DNA of 64,000 bases from Alphaproteobacteria bacterium (GTDB taxonomy: Bacteria > Pseudomonadota > Alphaproteobacteria > JACAEB01): positions 23,908 to 87,907 of the forward strand of contig JACKLE010000006.1 in the NCBI GenBank assembly GCA_024236075.1. Direction: 5' to 3'. Below the pieces are notes generated by a model. The model made no database searches. It saw only the letters and a list, made by a program, of their open reading frames with translations, and was not told the DNA's origin. Within the stretch, counting starts at the first letter, position 1; every line of letters starts with the position of its first letter. Positions 1-8,721 of this stretch are shown piece after piece. The position numbers were made by a program, and so were the translations under genes.

Positions 1-702
1 GGGCGCGAAGAGACGCTCGACCGCGCCGCGGGCAGGGCCGTCCCCGACGATGGAAAGGCTCCAGGGCAGATCGGCGGCGGCATGCAGCGCCCGCGCGAGC
101 CGGGTATAGCTTTCGAGCTTGCGGCCCGCGCGCATCATGGCGACGGCGACAAGGCGGACGGGGCCGCCGGGCCGTCGCAGCGGCGGCTCCGGCCAATCGT
201 CCGTATCGAGAAAAGGCAGGAGGCGCAGCTTTTCCGTGCGCGGCGCGATGCGGTCGATCGCGGCCGCGTCGCGCGGACAGAGGCCGACGATGAGATCGGC
301 GCGGCGGATCGCGGCGAATGTCGCATGCGCGCCGGCGGCCCAGGGTCCCCGGCTTCGCCTGGGCGCGTGGGAGGCCTGCGCCACGACATAAGGAAGGCCG
401 AGCGCGTTCGCGAGGCCGGGGCCCACGAGGTCCGGCGCCTTGTAGTAGGGGTGATAGGCGAAGACGAGATCGGGCCGCCAGGACGATGCCGCGAGCCGCG
501 CTGCTTCCCGCGCGCCCGCTACCGCCGCGCGAGCCTGGAATTCAGGACGGCCGAGGCCGTCGAAGGTCCGGAGCCGCGAGGCGAGGCGCACCTCGTGGCC
601 GGCATGGCCGAGCGCGCGCATGAGAAGGCGCGCCATGGTGCGCTCGCCCGAGGGCCGGGGATCGTCGGGCGCCTTCATGGGCGAGAGGAACGCGACGCGC
701 AT
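1..702 (-). CDS. Glycosyltransferase family 1 (GT4-type), partial; C-terminus lies beyond window start
   Basis: Manual minus-strand translation from ATG at 702..700 gives MRVAFLSPMKAPDDPRPSGERTMARLLMRALGHAGHEVRLASRL...WRPDLVFAYHPYYKAPDLVGPGLANALGLPYVV...LVAVAMMRAGRKLESYTRLARAL...SIVGDGPARGAVERL with no stop down to nt 1. Not in the ORF track because it has no in-window stop. Its start overlaps the stop of the upstream GT gene (TGATG). Confidence 0.7.
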   Translation of the reverse strand, partial: MRVAFLSPMKAPDDPRPSGERTMARLLMRALGHAGHEVRLASRLRTFDGLGRPEFQARAAVAGAREAARLAASSWRPDLVFAYHPYYKAPDLVGPGLANALGLPYVVAQASHAPRRSRGPWAAGAHATFAAIRRADLIVGLCPRDAAAIDRIAPRTEKLRLLPFLDTDDWPEPPLRRPGGPVRLVAVAMMRAGRKLESYTRLARALHAAADLPWSLSIVGDGPARGAVERLFAP

Positions 703-1934
703 CACGCGGCCTCCCGCGCGCCGGGCGCTCCGATCGCCTCCGCGAGGAGCGCCGCGATGCGCTCGTGGCCGGCCTCGGGCCGGAACGCGGTCGCGACGCG
801 CGCCCGCCCGGCCGCCGCGAGCCGCGCGCGCAAGGCGGGATCGTCCGCGAGCCGAGCGATCGCCTGCGACAAGGCGAGCGGATCGGCCGGCGGCACGAGA
901 AGGCCCGTCTCGCCGTCCAGGACGAGCTCGGGGATCGCCGCATGGCGCGTCGCGAGGACGGGAAGGCCCATGGCCTGGGCTTCCAGGAGCACGTTCGGCA
1001 GCCCGTCGCGGTCGCCGTCGGCCGCGGTCTTCGCGGCGAGCACGAAGAGATCGGCATCGGCGAGGGCGGCGAGCACGGCGGGGCGCGCCTGCGCGCCGAG
1101 CCAGGACGTGCGGCCGGCGATGCCGAGCCGCTCGGCCTGGCGCTTCAGGCGCTGGAGCTGCGGCCCCCCGCCGATATGGGCGAACGACCAGGCGCGCGCG
1201 GGCTCGAGCCGTGCGAGCGCCGCGAGGAGATCCTCATAGCCCTTCTTCGGCACGGCGCGCCCGACGCTCACGATCCGAAGAGGCGCGCCGGGAGGCCTCG
1301 GAGGGCGCGCGGGCGCGTCGGGAAGCGCGAGCCCGTGATAGTGGCGCTCGAGCCTGGCCTGCGGCGCGAGCGCGGCGAGGCGCCGCGCGCCGTCCTGGGT
1401 GCAGGTCACGACGAAGCGCGCTTCGGCGAGCTTTTCGCGGGCCTCCCAGTCGGGAATCGTCCAGATGTCCTTGGCATGGGCGGAGACGGAGAAGGTCAGC
1501 CCACGCATGATCGCGGCATAGCGCGCGACGGATGTCGGCGTATGCAGGAAATGCGCGTGGAGATGCCTGGTGCCTGCGGGCAGCTCGGCCGCGAGCACCG
1601 CCGCCTGGCCGAAGCGGCGCACGCGATTGCGCGTCGGGTCGCGCGCAAGGTCTTCCAGGAACCGGCGCCATGCGTGCGAAAAGCCCGCAAGACGCGCGGC
1701 CGCCGCGAGGCCGGCCGCGACCCGGCGCGGCGCCTCGTGAAGATATTCCGGCAGATAGCGGACGGGCGCCGCGATCGCGTCGTGCACGGGGTGGGCGATC
1801 CTGTCCGTCGGGCGGCGCAGCGCGACGATCTCGAAGGCGAGCCCACGGGCCTCGAGCGCGGCGAGCTCGTCGGCGATGAAGGTCTCCGAAAGGCGCGGAT
1901 AGCCCTTGACGAGAATGACGAGGGCCGCGCTCAT
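702..1934 (-). CDS. Glycosyltransferase family 1 (GT4; WcaL/colanic-acid-type glycosyltransferase-like)
   Basis: ORF track 702..2237(-). The homology-bearing part starts at internal Met MSAALVILVKGYPRLSETFIADELAALEARGLAFEIVAL (ATG at 1934) and ends in a GT-B C-terminal region (GLPVLATRHAAIPELVLDGETGLLV). The start overlaps the stop of the upstream gene (ATGA at 1931-1934). Confidence 0.8.
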   Translation of the reverse strand: MSAALVILVKGYPRLSETFIADELAALEARGLAFEIVALRRPTDRIAHPVHDAIAAPVRYLPEYLHEAPRRVAAGLAAAARLAGFSHAWRRFLEDLARDPTRNRVRRFGQAAVLAAELPAGTRHLHAHFLHTPTSVARYAAIMRGLTFSVSAHAKDIWTIPDWEAREKLAEARFVVTCTQDGARRLAALAPQARLERHYHGLALPDAPARPPRPPGAPLRIVSVGRAVPKKGYEDLLAALARLEPARAWSFAHIGGGPQLQRLKRQAERLGIAGRTSWLGAQARPAVLAALADADLFVLAAKTAADGDRDGLPNVLLEAQAMGLPVLATRHAAIPELVLDGETGLLVPPADPLALSQAIARLADDPALRARLAAAGRARVATAFRPEAGHERIAALLAEAIGAPGAREAA

Positions 1935-3145
1935 GCGAAGGCCTCGGCCCGGCCCGTCGTTCGCGGGACCGCGCGCCCCGCCGCGAGGAGATCGCGCGCG
2001 CGCGCGACGACGACGGCGCTCCCGGTGAGAAGGTCCGGAAGGCCCGCGGCGGAAGGCGGAGGAGCGCTCGCGAGCCTCTCGATCGCCGCGAGCATGGCGC
2101 AGGTGTCGTCCGGCGGCGTCGCGAGGCGGTGCGCGAGCCCCAGGGCCTCGGCGCGGCGTGCACGGATGGTCTGCTCGGCGCGCGGGCCGGTGCGGGGCAC
2201 GAGCAGCGCCGGCCGGTCGTAGGTCAGGATCTCGCAAAAGGTGTTGTAGCCGCCCATGGCGAGGACGGCGGCCGCCTCGGCGACGAGGCGCTCGAGGCGG
2301 GGCTCGAAGCCGATGAAGGCGACGTCCGCCAGCCGCCGCGCGCGGGCCGAAAACGCCTTGGCGAGCGGCGCGGGGCAGAACGGCCCCGCCACGACGAGCG
2401 CGGGCCAGGGCAGGCGCGCGCCGCTCTCATAGGCCTTGAGCACGCCGTCGATGAGGGGCGCGCCGTCCGCGCCCCCGCCGGCGGTCACGAGCAGAAAGGG
2501 CCGCGCCCCGAAGGGACGCGCGACGGGCTCGGCGGCGGGCTGCCCGCGCCGGGGCAGATAGCCCGTGAAGACGGTGCGGGCCGCGACGTCCGGCGCGAGA
2601 GGGAGGCCCGCGAGGGGGTCGCAGACGGCGGCAAGGCCGTAGACCCAGATCTGGTCGTAGCGCGCGAGGGCCGGCAGCGCTCGCTTGCGCGCCCATTCGG
2701 CGGCGAGCGCGTCGGGCGCGTCGAGGACGTCGCGCAGACCGAGGACGCGCCGGGCGCCGCGCCGCTCGAGAAGATCGAGCGCCGGCTCCAGCTCGCCCTT
2801 GAGCCCGAGGGGCTCCTTGTCGACGACGAGCAGGTCCGGATCGAAGGCGCGCGCGGTCTCCGCGATGAGCGCCCGCCGCAGCTTCACGGTCTCGGCGAGC
2901 GGAATGGGCAGGCTCAGCGTCTGGTAGCTGCCGTCGCGCCGCTTGGTCACCCCCGGCAGGCGGACGAAATCGACATGCGCGCCGAAGGCGAAGCTGCCGG
3001 CGAAGGGCGAGCCGGTGACGATGAGCACCGAGGCGCGCGGCAGGCCGTCGACGAGGGCGTGGGCGAGGGCCCGGGCCCGGCGCAGGTGGCCGAGGCCCAG
3101 CGTGTCGTGGCTGTAGATGAGGATGCGCGTCTTCGCGGCCGTCAT
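1931..3145 (-). CDS. UDP-glycosyltransferase-like protein (GT-B fold, MurG/GT28-C-terminal-like family)
   Basis: ORF track 1931..3145(-). N-terminus TRILIYSHDTLGLGHLRRARALAHAL is typical of this glycosyltransferase family. First gene of a 3-gene GT operon. Confidence 0.7.
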   Translation of the reverse strand: MTAAKTRILIYSHDTLGLGHLRRARALAHALVDGLPRASVLIVTGSPFAGSFAFGAHVDFVRLPGVTKRRDGSYQTLSLPIPLAETVKLRRALIAETARAFDPDLLVVDKEPLGLKGELEPALDLLERRGARRVLGLRDVLDAPDALAAEWARKRALPALARYDQIWVYGLAAVCDPLAGLPLAPDVAARTVFTGYLPRRGQPAAEPVARPFGARPFLLVTAGGGADGAPLIDGVLKAYESGARLPWPALVVAGPFCPAPLAKAFSARARRLADVAFIGFEPRLERLVAEAAAVLAMGGYNTFCEILTYDRPALLVPRTGPRAEQTIRARRAEALGLAHRLATPPDDTCAMLAAIERLASAPPPSAAGLPDLLTGSAVVVARARDLLAAGRAVPRTTGRAEAFA

Positions 3146-3289
3146 GGCGCCTCGCCCCGAAAGTGGCCCCCTTATTCATAGGAAGCCCGCCGCCCCGCGT
3201 CATCAGGCGACGCGCACACGGTGTGACGGGCGCACGTCTCCCGGCCTTTCAAGCCCGCGCCATCTCACCTATCGTCCTGCCACGCGGCT

Positions 3290-6034
3290 TTGGGGGGCGA
3301 AGCGACGTTGGAACCCAACTTCTTCCGCTATGTCTGGCGCCACAGCACGCGCGAGCAGCTCGGCATTCTTGCGCTCGTCGTCCTGTCGCTGCCGTTCTAC
3401 TTCGCCTCGCTGAACCTTCCCAAGGCCATCGTGAACGGGCCCATCCAGGGCGAGGGCTTCGCGACGCCCGAGGCGACGGGCCGCTTCCTGACCGTCGCGC
3501 TGCCGGTGCCCGGCGGGGATGCGATCGAGCTCTTCTCGGGCTTCGACCTCACGCGCATGCCGATGCTCTTCGCGCTGAGCGGGCTCTTCCTCGCGCTCGT
3601 CTTCGTCAACGGCGCCTTCAAGCTTCAGGTCAACACGCGCAAGGGCGAGCTCGGCGAGCGCATGCTGCGCCGCCTGCGCTACGAGCTCGTCGACCGCGTG
3701 CTGCGCTTCCCGCCGCAGGAGTTTCGCCGCCGCAAGGCCTCCGAGATCGCGACCATGGTGAATGCCGAGGTCGAGCAGCTCGGCGGCTTCATCGGCGACG
3801 CCTTCGTTCAGCCCGCCTATCTCGGCGGCCTCGCCCTGACGGCGCTCGTCTTCATTCTGGCGCAGAGCTTCTGGCTCGGCGTCGTCGCGCTCCTCGTCGT
3901 CCTGGTGCAGGCCTTCCTCATTCCGCAGCTGAGGCGCCCGCTCCTCAAGCTCGGCCGCGCGCGCCAGCTCGCGGCCCGCGAGATGGCGGGGCGCGTCGGC
4001 GAGATCGTCGACGGCATCGTCGAGATCCACGCGAACGACACCTCGAACCTCGAGCGCGCCGACATCGCCGGCCGGCTGGGGCGCATCTTCCGCATCCGGC
4101 TCGAAATCTACGAGCGCAAATTCTTCGTGAAGTTCCTCAACAATTTTCTCGCCCAGCTGACGCCCTTCGTCTTCTACACGGCGGGCGGCTATCTCGCGAT
4201 CCGGGGCCAGCTCGACATCGGCCAGCTCGTCGCCGTCATCGCCGCGTACAAGGATCTTCCCGGACCCATCCGCGACCTCATCAACTGGGACCAGCAGCGC
4301 CTCGACGCCGAGCTGAAATTCGCGCAGGTCACGGAGCAGTTCGATCCGGAGGAGCTGCTCGCGCCCGAGCTCCAGCGTCCGGACGCGCCGGCGCCCGCCG
4401 CGCTCGCCGGAGGCCTCAAGGTGCAGAGCCTCGCCATCGCGGACGAGCGCGGGGCGCGCCTGCTGCAGGACGTCAGCCTGTCGGCGCGGCTCGACGAGCG
4501 CATCGCGCTGATCGGTCCTCCCGGCGGCGGCAAGGAGGCGCTCGCCTATGCGCTCGTCCGCCTTCTTCAGGCCGAGCCGGGCCGCATCGCCTACGGGGCG
4601 CACGATCTCGCCGCGCTTCCCGAGCGCGTCACGGGCCGGCGTATCGGGTTCGTCGGCCCGGATGTCTATCTGTGGCCCACGAGCGTGCGGGAGAATCTCC
4701 TCTACGCGCTGAAGCACGAGCCCCGGGGCGAGGCCGCGGCCGGCCTCAGCGCGGACGACATCCAGGAGGCGCGCCGCACGGGCAACATGCCCGCCGACGC
4801 TTCCGCCGACTGGGTCGACTACGAGGCGGCGGGCGCCACGGGTCCGGGCGACATAGAGGCGCGGCTGAAGGACGCGCTCACGCTCGTGGGGCTCGGCGAG
4901 ACCGCCTTCGAATGGGGCCTGCGGCTGCGGCTCGATCCGCAGCGCGAGCCCGCGCTCGCCGAGCGTCTCGTCGCCGCGGCCGAGGGCATCGCGGCGCGGC
5001 TTGCCGAGCCGGCCTATGCGAGCCTCATCGAGCTCTTCGACGAGGCCCGGTACAATCGCAATGCGACGGTCGCCGAGAACATCCTCTTCGGCAGCTCGTC
5101 CCATGCCGCGCAGTCCCTCGACGCCCTGCCGCGCAATCCCCATTTCCGCGCGGTCCTCGCGGCGGCGGGGATCGAGCGCGACGTCCTGGGCATGGGGCTC
5201 GCGATCGCCCGCACCATGGTCGAGCTCTTCGCCGATCTGCCGGCGGACCATCCCTATTTCGAGCAGTTCAGCTTCATCGCGAGCGCCGATCTCCCCGACT
5301 ACCGCGCCATCGTGCTGCGCCTCGGAGACGATCCCGGCGAGGCGGATCCGGAGACGCGCGAGCGCCTGCTCGCGCTTCCGCTGCGCTACATCGAAGCGCG
5401 CCACCGGCTCGGGCTCGTGGACGCGGCGATGGAGAAGCGCTTCGTCGCGGCCCGCGCCCTCTTCCGCGCCGATCTCCCTGCGGAGCTCAGGGGCGCCATC
5501 GAGTTCTTCGACCGCACCCGCTACAATTCCGCCGCGACGATCGAGGACAATCTCCTCACCGGCCGGGTCGCCTACGGCAAGGTCGATGCGGAGGCGCGCG
5601 TGCGCGCGCTCCTGCGCGAGGTCCTGGCGCGCGACGGGCTCGAGGACGAGATCCTGCGCGTCGGCCTCGACCATGCCGTGGGCACCGGCGGCCGGCGTCT
5701 CGGTCTTGCCGACCGCCAGCGGCTCGGCCTCGCGCGCGCGGTGCTGAAGCGTCCACAGCTTCTGGTCGTCGACCAGGCGCTCGCCGCGCTCGATCCGGTG
5801 AGCGAGGAGCGCGAGATGGGCCGCGTGCTGGCCTGGGCGCGCGCGCATGGCAGCGGCGTGGTGTGGGCGCTCTCGCGCCCGCACGGCGCGCGGGCCTTCG
5901 ACCGGGTGGTCCTTCTCGAAGGCGGACGCGTGACGGCGCAGGGAGGACCCGAGGTCGCCGATCGCTTTCTCGCCCGCGGCGCGGCCGAGGCGCCGCGGCC
6001 CGGTCCCGTCGCAGCCGCAGGAGCGCCATCATGA
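3290..6034 (+). CDS. ABC exporter, fused permease/ATPase, with a greatly expanded nucleotide-binding domain
   Basis: ORF track 3290..6034(+), TTG start (alternative TTG at 3308). N-terminal 6-TM exporter domain. Walker A-like IALIGPPGGGKE, Q-loop region GPDVYLWPTSVRENL, then ~300 aa inserted with two further Q-loop-like copies (RYNRNATVAENILFG, RYNSAATIEDNLLTG). Degenerate signature GTGGRRLGLADRQRL, Walker B LLVVDQALAALD, H-loop ALSRPHG. Confidence 0.75.
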   Translation: MGGEATLEPNFFRYVWRHSTREQLGILALVVLSLPFYFASLNLPKAIVNGPIQGEGFATPEATGRFLTVALPVPGGDAIELFSGFDLTRMPMLFALSGLFLALVFVNGAFKLQVNTRKGELGERMLRRLRYELVDRVLRFPPQEFRRRKASEIATMVNAEVEQLGGFIGDAFVQPAYLGGLALTALVFILAQSFWLGVVALLVVLVQAFLIPQLRRPLLKLGRARQLAAREMAGRVGEIVDGIVEIHANDTSNLERADIAGRLGRIFRIRLEIYERKFFVKFLNNFLAQLTPFVFYTAGGYLAIRGQLDIGQLVAVIAAYKDLPGPIRDLINWDQQRLDAELKFAQVTEQFDPEELLAPELQRPDAPAPAALAGGLKVQSLAIADERGARLLQDVSLSARLDERIALIGPPGGGKEALAYALVRLLQAEPGRIAYGAHDLAALPERVTGRRIGFVGPDVYLWPTSVRENLLYALKHEPRGEAAAGLSADDIQEARRTGNMPADASADWVDYEAAGATGPGDIEARLKDALTLVGLGETAFEWGLRLRLDPQREPALAERLVAAAEGIAARLAEPAYASLIELFDEARYNRNATVAENILFGSSSHAAQSLDALPRNPHFRAVLAAAGIERDVLGMGLAIARTMVELFADLPADHPYFEQFSFIASADLPDYRAIVLRLGDDPGEADPETRERLLALPLRYIEARHRLGLVDAAMEKRFVAARALFRADLPAELRGAIEFFDRTRYNSAATIEDNLLTGRVAYGKVDAEARVRALLREVLARDGLEDEILRVGLDHAVGTGGRRLGLADRQRLGLARAVLKRPQLLVVDQALAALDPVSEEREMGRVLAWARAHGSGVVWALSRPHGARAFDRVVLLEGGRVTAQGGPEVADRFLARGAAEAPRPGPVAAAGAPS

Positions 6035-6492
6035 CCAGCCTCGACGATGTCGTCCGCCGGCTTCAGACGCTGCCCTTCTTCGCGAACATGGATGCGGGCG
6101 TCCTGAAGCTCCTCGTCTTCACGAACGAGCGCCTGACCTACGAGCGCGGCGACGTGCTGTGCCGGCAGGGCGAGGTCGGCGACGCGGCCTATGTGCTGCT
6201 CGACGGGGAGGCGGAGGTGCTGGTCGCGACGGCCGAGGGTCCGGTCCGCGTCGCGGCGCTGAAAGGGGTGACGCTCGTCGGCGAGATCGCGATCCTCATC
6301 GACGTGCCGCGCACCGCGACCATCCGCGCCACGGGCCGGCTCGACGCCCTGAAGGTCACCAAGGAGCGCTTCTTCCAGCTCATGGAGGACTATCCGGGCA
6401 TCGCCATCGAGACCATGCGCGTGCTCGCGAGCCGGCTCGAGGCGACGACCGCCGAGCTCGCCAGGGCGCGCGCCGCGCTGCACGAGAAATGA
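6031..6492 (+). CDS. Standalone cyclic-nucleotide-binding (cNMP/Crp effector-type) domain protein
   Basis: In frame with the tail of track ORF 3163..6492. ATG at 6031 overlaps the ABC gene stop (ATGA). LPFFANMDAGVLKLL...GEIAILIDVPRTATIRATGRL is a canonical cNMP-binding signature. No DNA-binding HTH. Confidence 0.8.
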   Translation: MTSLDDVVRRLQTLPFFANMDAGVLKLLVFTNERLTYERGDVLCRQGEVGDAAYVLLDGEAEVLVATAEGPVRVAALKGVTLVGEIAILIDVPRTATIRATGRLDALKVTKERFFQLMEDYPGIAIETMRVLASRLEATTAELARARAALHEK

Positions 6493-6508
6493 GATTTGGA
6501 GGAATGCC

Positions 6509-6961
6509 ATGGCGCTGATCCGCACCGAGCCCGAAAAGGTCGAGGACTATCCGCCGAACATCCGCTCCATGATGAAGAAGCCCTCGCCGGCCGCCCGCAC
6601 GCTCGGGCTCAAGGTGGAGGCCTTCGACGTGGAGGGGGGCTATGCCGAGCTTTCCTTCGACGCCGGGGAGGGGCTTCTCAACAAATGGGGCGCCATCCAG
6701 GGCGGCATGGTCGCCGCGATGCTCGACGAGGCGCTCGCCCATGCCGCCGGCCTCACGCTTTCCTGGGGCGAGATCTGCCCCAATCTCGAGACCAAGGTGA
6801 GCTTCCTCTCGGTCGCCCGGCCCGGCCGCCTCCTCGCCAAGGGGCGCATGGTGAAGCGCGGCAAGCAGGTGGGCTTCGTCGAGGCCGAGCTGCGCGACGA
6901 GGCGGGCAAGCTGCTCGCCACGGCGACCGGCACCGTCGCCTTCATGGCCGCGAAGGGCTGA
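6509..6961 (+). CDS. PaaI-family hotdog-fold acyl-CoA thioesterase
   Basis: ORF track 6509..6961(+). ...WGAIQGGMVAAMLDEALAHAAG...GRMVKRGKQVGFVEAELRDEAGKLLATATGT is typical of PaaI/4HBT thioesterases. Confidence 0.85.
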   Translation: MALIRTEPEKVEDYPPNIRSMMKKPSPAARTLGLKVEAFDVEGGYAELSFDAGEGLLNKWGAIQGGMVAAMLDEALAHAAGLTLSWGEICPNLETKVSFLSVARPGRLLAKGRMVKRGKQVGFVEAELRDEAGKLLATATGTVAFMAAKG

Positions 6962-7638
6962 TGGGAACCCGCCTCCCATTCGAGTGGCCGCCTCGCCTCG
7001 AGGTCGGGGAGCGCATCCTGCACGTGCTGCCCGTCGTCGTGCCGCGAAAGGAGAGGCGCGGCCGTCTGTGGCTGCTTTGGGACATTCCTCGTTGGCTTGC
7101 CGGGGTTGGCCTTCTGCTTGGCGTTCTTGTCGTTCCTGGCGCCATCAAGTGGTTTGTCGAAGCTTGCGACGGGCGGCCGGTATCGCCGTCGAGCGTCGAG
7201 GCGTTCGTCTTGATCCTCGCCGCCATCCCTTCGGCCCTTGCGCTATTGGCCGGCGCCGGGGTGCTTGTCGCAATGGCGGTCGGCTTGGGCATTCATACCT
7301 ACCGAGCGCCCATTCGCTGGACTTTCGGCGGTCGCCGGGAGGATGAGCAGCGGAGCGCATGGCAGTTCGTCGTCACGACGCGGCGGCTGATCTACATAGA
7401 CGATTTCGAGGACGGCTCTTCTTGCGCCATTTCCTTTGCGTCTCTCGCCGGCTGCGTCCTCGGCATCGAGGGGGGGCGTCGAGGACGAAAGTTCCGCCTC
7501 GTAGCCAAGCGCAAGGAGCGGAATTGGCGTGGTCGAGAGCGCACCGAAGTCATCTTCGGGCCTCTTCCATCCGAGGACGACGCCCGCAGCCTGCTCGCTC
7601 ACATCGAGGCCGCCAGAAAGGCGTCCGCGGATGGCTGA
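6961..7638 (+). CDS. Membrane protein with bacterial PH (bPH_2/YdbS-like) domain; hypothetical
   Basis: Second half of track ORF 6496..7638. ATG 6961 overlaps the thioesterase stop (TGATG). Two TM helices followed by a PH-like beta domain (QFVVTTRRLIYIDDFEDGSS...RKFRLVAKRKE). Locally lower GC and T-rich third codon positions. Confidence 0.6.
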   Translation: MGTRLPFEWPPRLEVGERILHVLPVVVPRKERRGRLWLLWDIPRWLAGVGLLLGVLVVPGAIKWFVEACDGRPVSPSSVEAFVLILAAIPSALALLAGAGVLVAMAVGLGIHTYRAPIRWTFGGRREDEQRSAWQFVVTTRRLIYIDDFEDGSSCAISFASLAGCVLGIEGGRRGRKFRLVAKRKERNWRGRERTEVIFGPLPSEDDARSLLAHIEAARKASADG

Positions 7639-7641
7639 TCC

Positions 7642-8445
7642 TCAGCCCGCCTCCAGCTCCACCGTCACCGGGACGTGGTCGGAGGGGCGCTCCCAATTGC
7701 GCGCGGCCTTCAGGATCCGGAGACGCCCCGCAAAGTCCTTGAGCGGCGGGCTCACCCAGATGTGATCGAGCCGGCGGCCGCGATTGGAGGCCTCCCAGTC
7801 GCGCGCGCGGTAGCTCCACCAGGTGTAGAGCTTCTCGGGCTCCGGACGCTCCGCGCGCGCCACGTCGACGAAATCGAGCGTCTCGCGCAGGCGCGCCATG
7901 GCCTCGACCTCGACGGGCGTGTGGCTGACCACGTCGAGAAGCTGCTTGTGGCTCCATACGTCGTGCTCGAAGGGCGCGATGTTTAGATCGCCGACGAGGA
8001 CGATGCGGGCCTTCCGCCTGTCCTTGCGCCCCGCGAAATAGCCGCGCATCTCGTCCACGAAATGGAGCTTGTGGTCGAACTTCTCGTTGAGCGCGCGGTC
8101 CGGCACGTCGCCGCCGGCGGGAACGTAGAAATTATGGAGCTCGATGCCTCCGGGCAGGGCGACGGCGACGTGGCGCGCCTCGCCCCGCCGGCAGAATTTG
8201 GGGCGCGGGCCGGCCTCGAAGGGAACGCGCGAGAGAATCGCGACGCCGTGATAGCCCTTCTGGCCCGCGATCGCGGAATGGACGTAGCCGCGCTCGGAAA
8301 ACGGCGCCAGCGGGAACAAAGAATCCTCCGTCTTGGTTTCCTGGAGGCAGAGCACGTCGGGGGCCTCCTCCTCCAGGAAGCGCCCGACGAGGTCCGCCCG
8401 CAGGCGGACGGAATTGATGTTCCAGGTGGCGAGCTTGAGGCGCAT
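7642..8445 (-). CDS. xthA: Exodeoxyribonuclease III
   Basis: ORF track 7642..8445(-). MRLKLATWNINSVRLR...CLQETK...LVGDLNIAPFEHDVW...DHVPV is the EEP-family AP endonuclease signature. Confidence 0.92.
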   Translation of the reverse strand: MRLKLATWNINSVRLRADLVGRFLEEEAPDVLCLQETKTEDSLFPLAPFSERGYVHSAIAGQKGYHGVAILSRVPFEAGPRPKFCRRGEARHVAVALPGGIELHNFYVPAGGDVPDRALNEKFDHKLHFVDEMRGYFAGRKDRRKARIVLVGDLNIAPFEHDVWSHKQLLDVVSHTPVEVEAMARLRETLDFVDVARAERPEPEKLYTWWSYRARDWEASNRGRRLDHIWVSPPLKDFAGRLRILKAARNWERPSDHVPVTVELEAG

Positions 8446-8534
8446 GGCGGATCTGGCGGCGGCGGGGCGAGACCTCGCGCTTTAGCGAGGCGGCCGGACG
8501 CCTGTCCAGTCCTGCGCTCGCGAGGCGGCCGGCC

Positions 8535-8562
8535 GGGCTGTGTCACAGTTTCGACACAGCCC
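8535..8562. repeat. Perfect 10-bp inverted repeat hairpin GGGCTGTGTC-acagtttc-GACACAGCCC in a non-coding region
   Basis: Read directly from the sequence. Lies in the ~800-bp ORF-free region upstream of xthA. Confidence 0.6.
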
Positions 8563-8692
8563 TGTCCGTTCGCGCGATGCGTTCACGCCCAATTCACTGC
8601 CCGCCGTCGTGGATAGCGCCTGAAATGTCTTGACTTCCGTCCAGTCACGTGATCGTGGTGCGGCGAATCCGTGGCCTGGGCCCAAATAAAGT

Positions 8693-8721
8693 GCGCCCGG
8701 CCAGAGGGGCTGGCCGGGCGC
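8693..8721. repeat. Perfect 12-bp inverted repeat hairpin GCGCCCGGCCAG-agggg-CTGGCCGGGCGC
   Basis: Read directly from the sequence. Same non-coding region 8446..9240. Confidence 0.6.

Noticed and set aside
82-1239. 385-aa plus-strand ORF (and sibling ORFs 119..391, 318..623, 620..1510, 765..2222) over the glycosyltransferase region
   Set aside because: Arg/Ala/Gly/Pro-rich low-complexity translations typical of antisense or alternative frames in high-GC DNA. The minus strand encodes clear GT-B glycosyltransferases with family motifs.
3211-3226. Short palindrome CACAC-g-GTGTG in the GT/ABC divergent promoter as a regulator site
   Set aside because: Only 5-bp arms. Expected by chance in this GC-rich context. 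Not reported as a feature.
3163-6492. 1109-aa ORF reading through the ABC exporter region, and the 871-aa antisense ORF 3269..5884(-)
   Set aside because: Only the last 153 codons of 3163..6492 (the cNMP-binding protein) carry a recognisable domain. The rest is Arg-rich artefact overlapping the motif-rich ABC exporter frame (3290..6034). The antisense ORF has no motifs.
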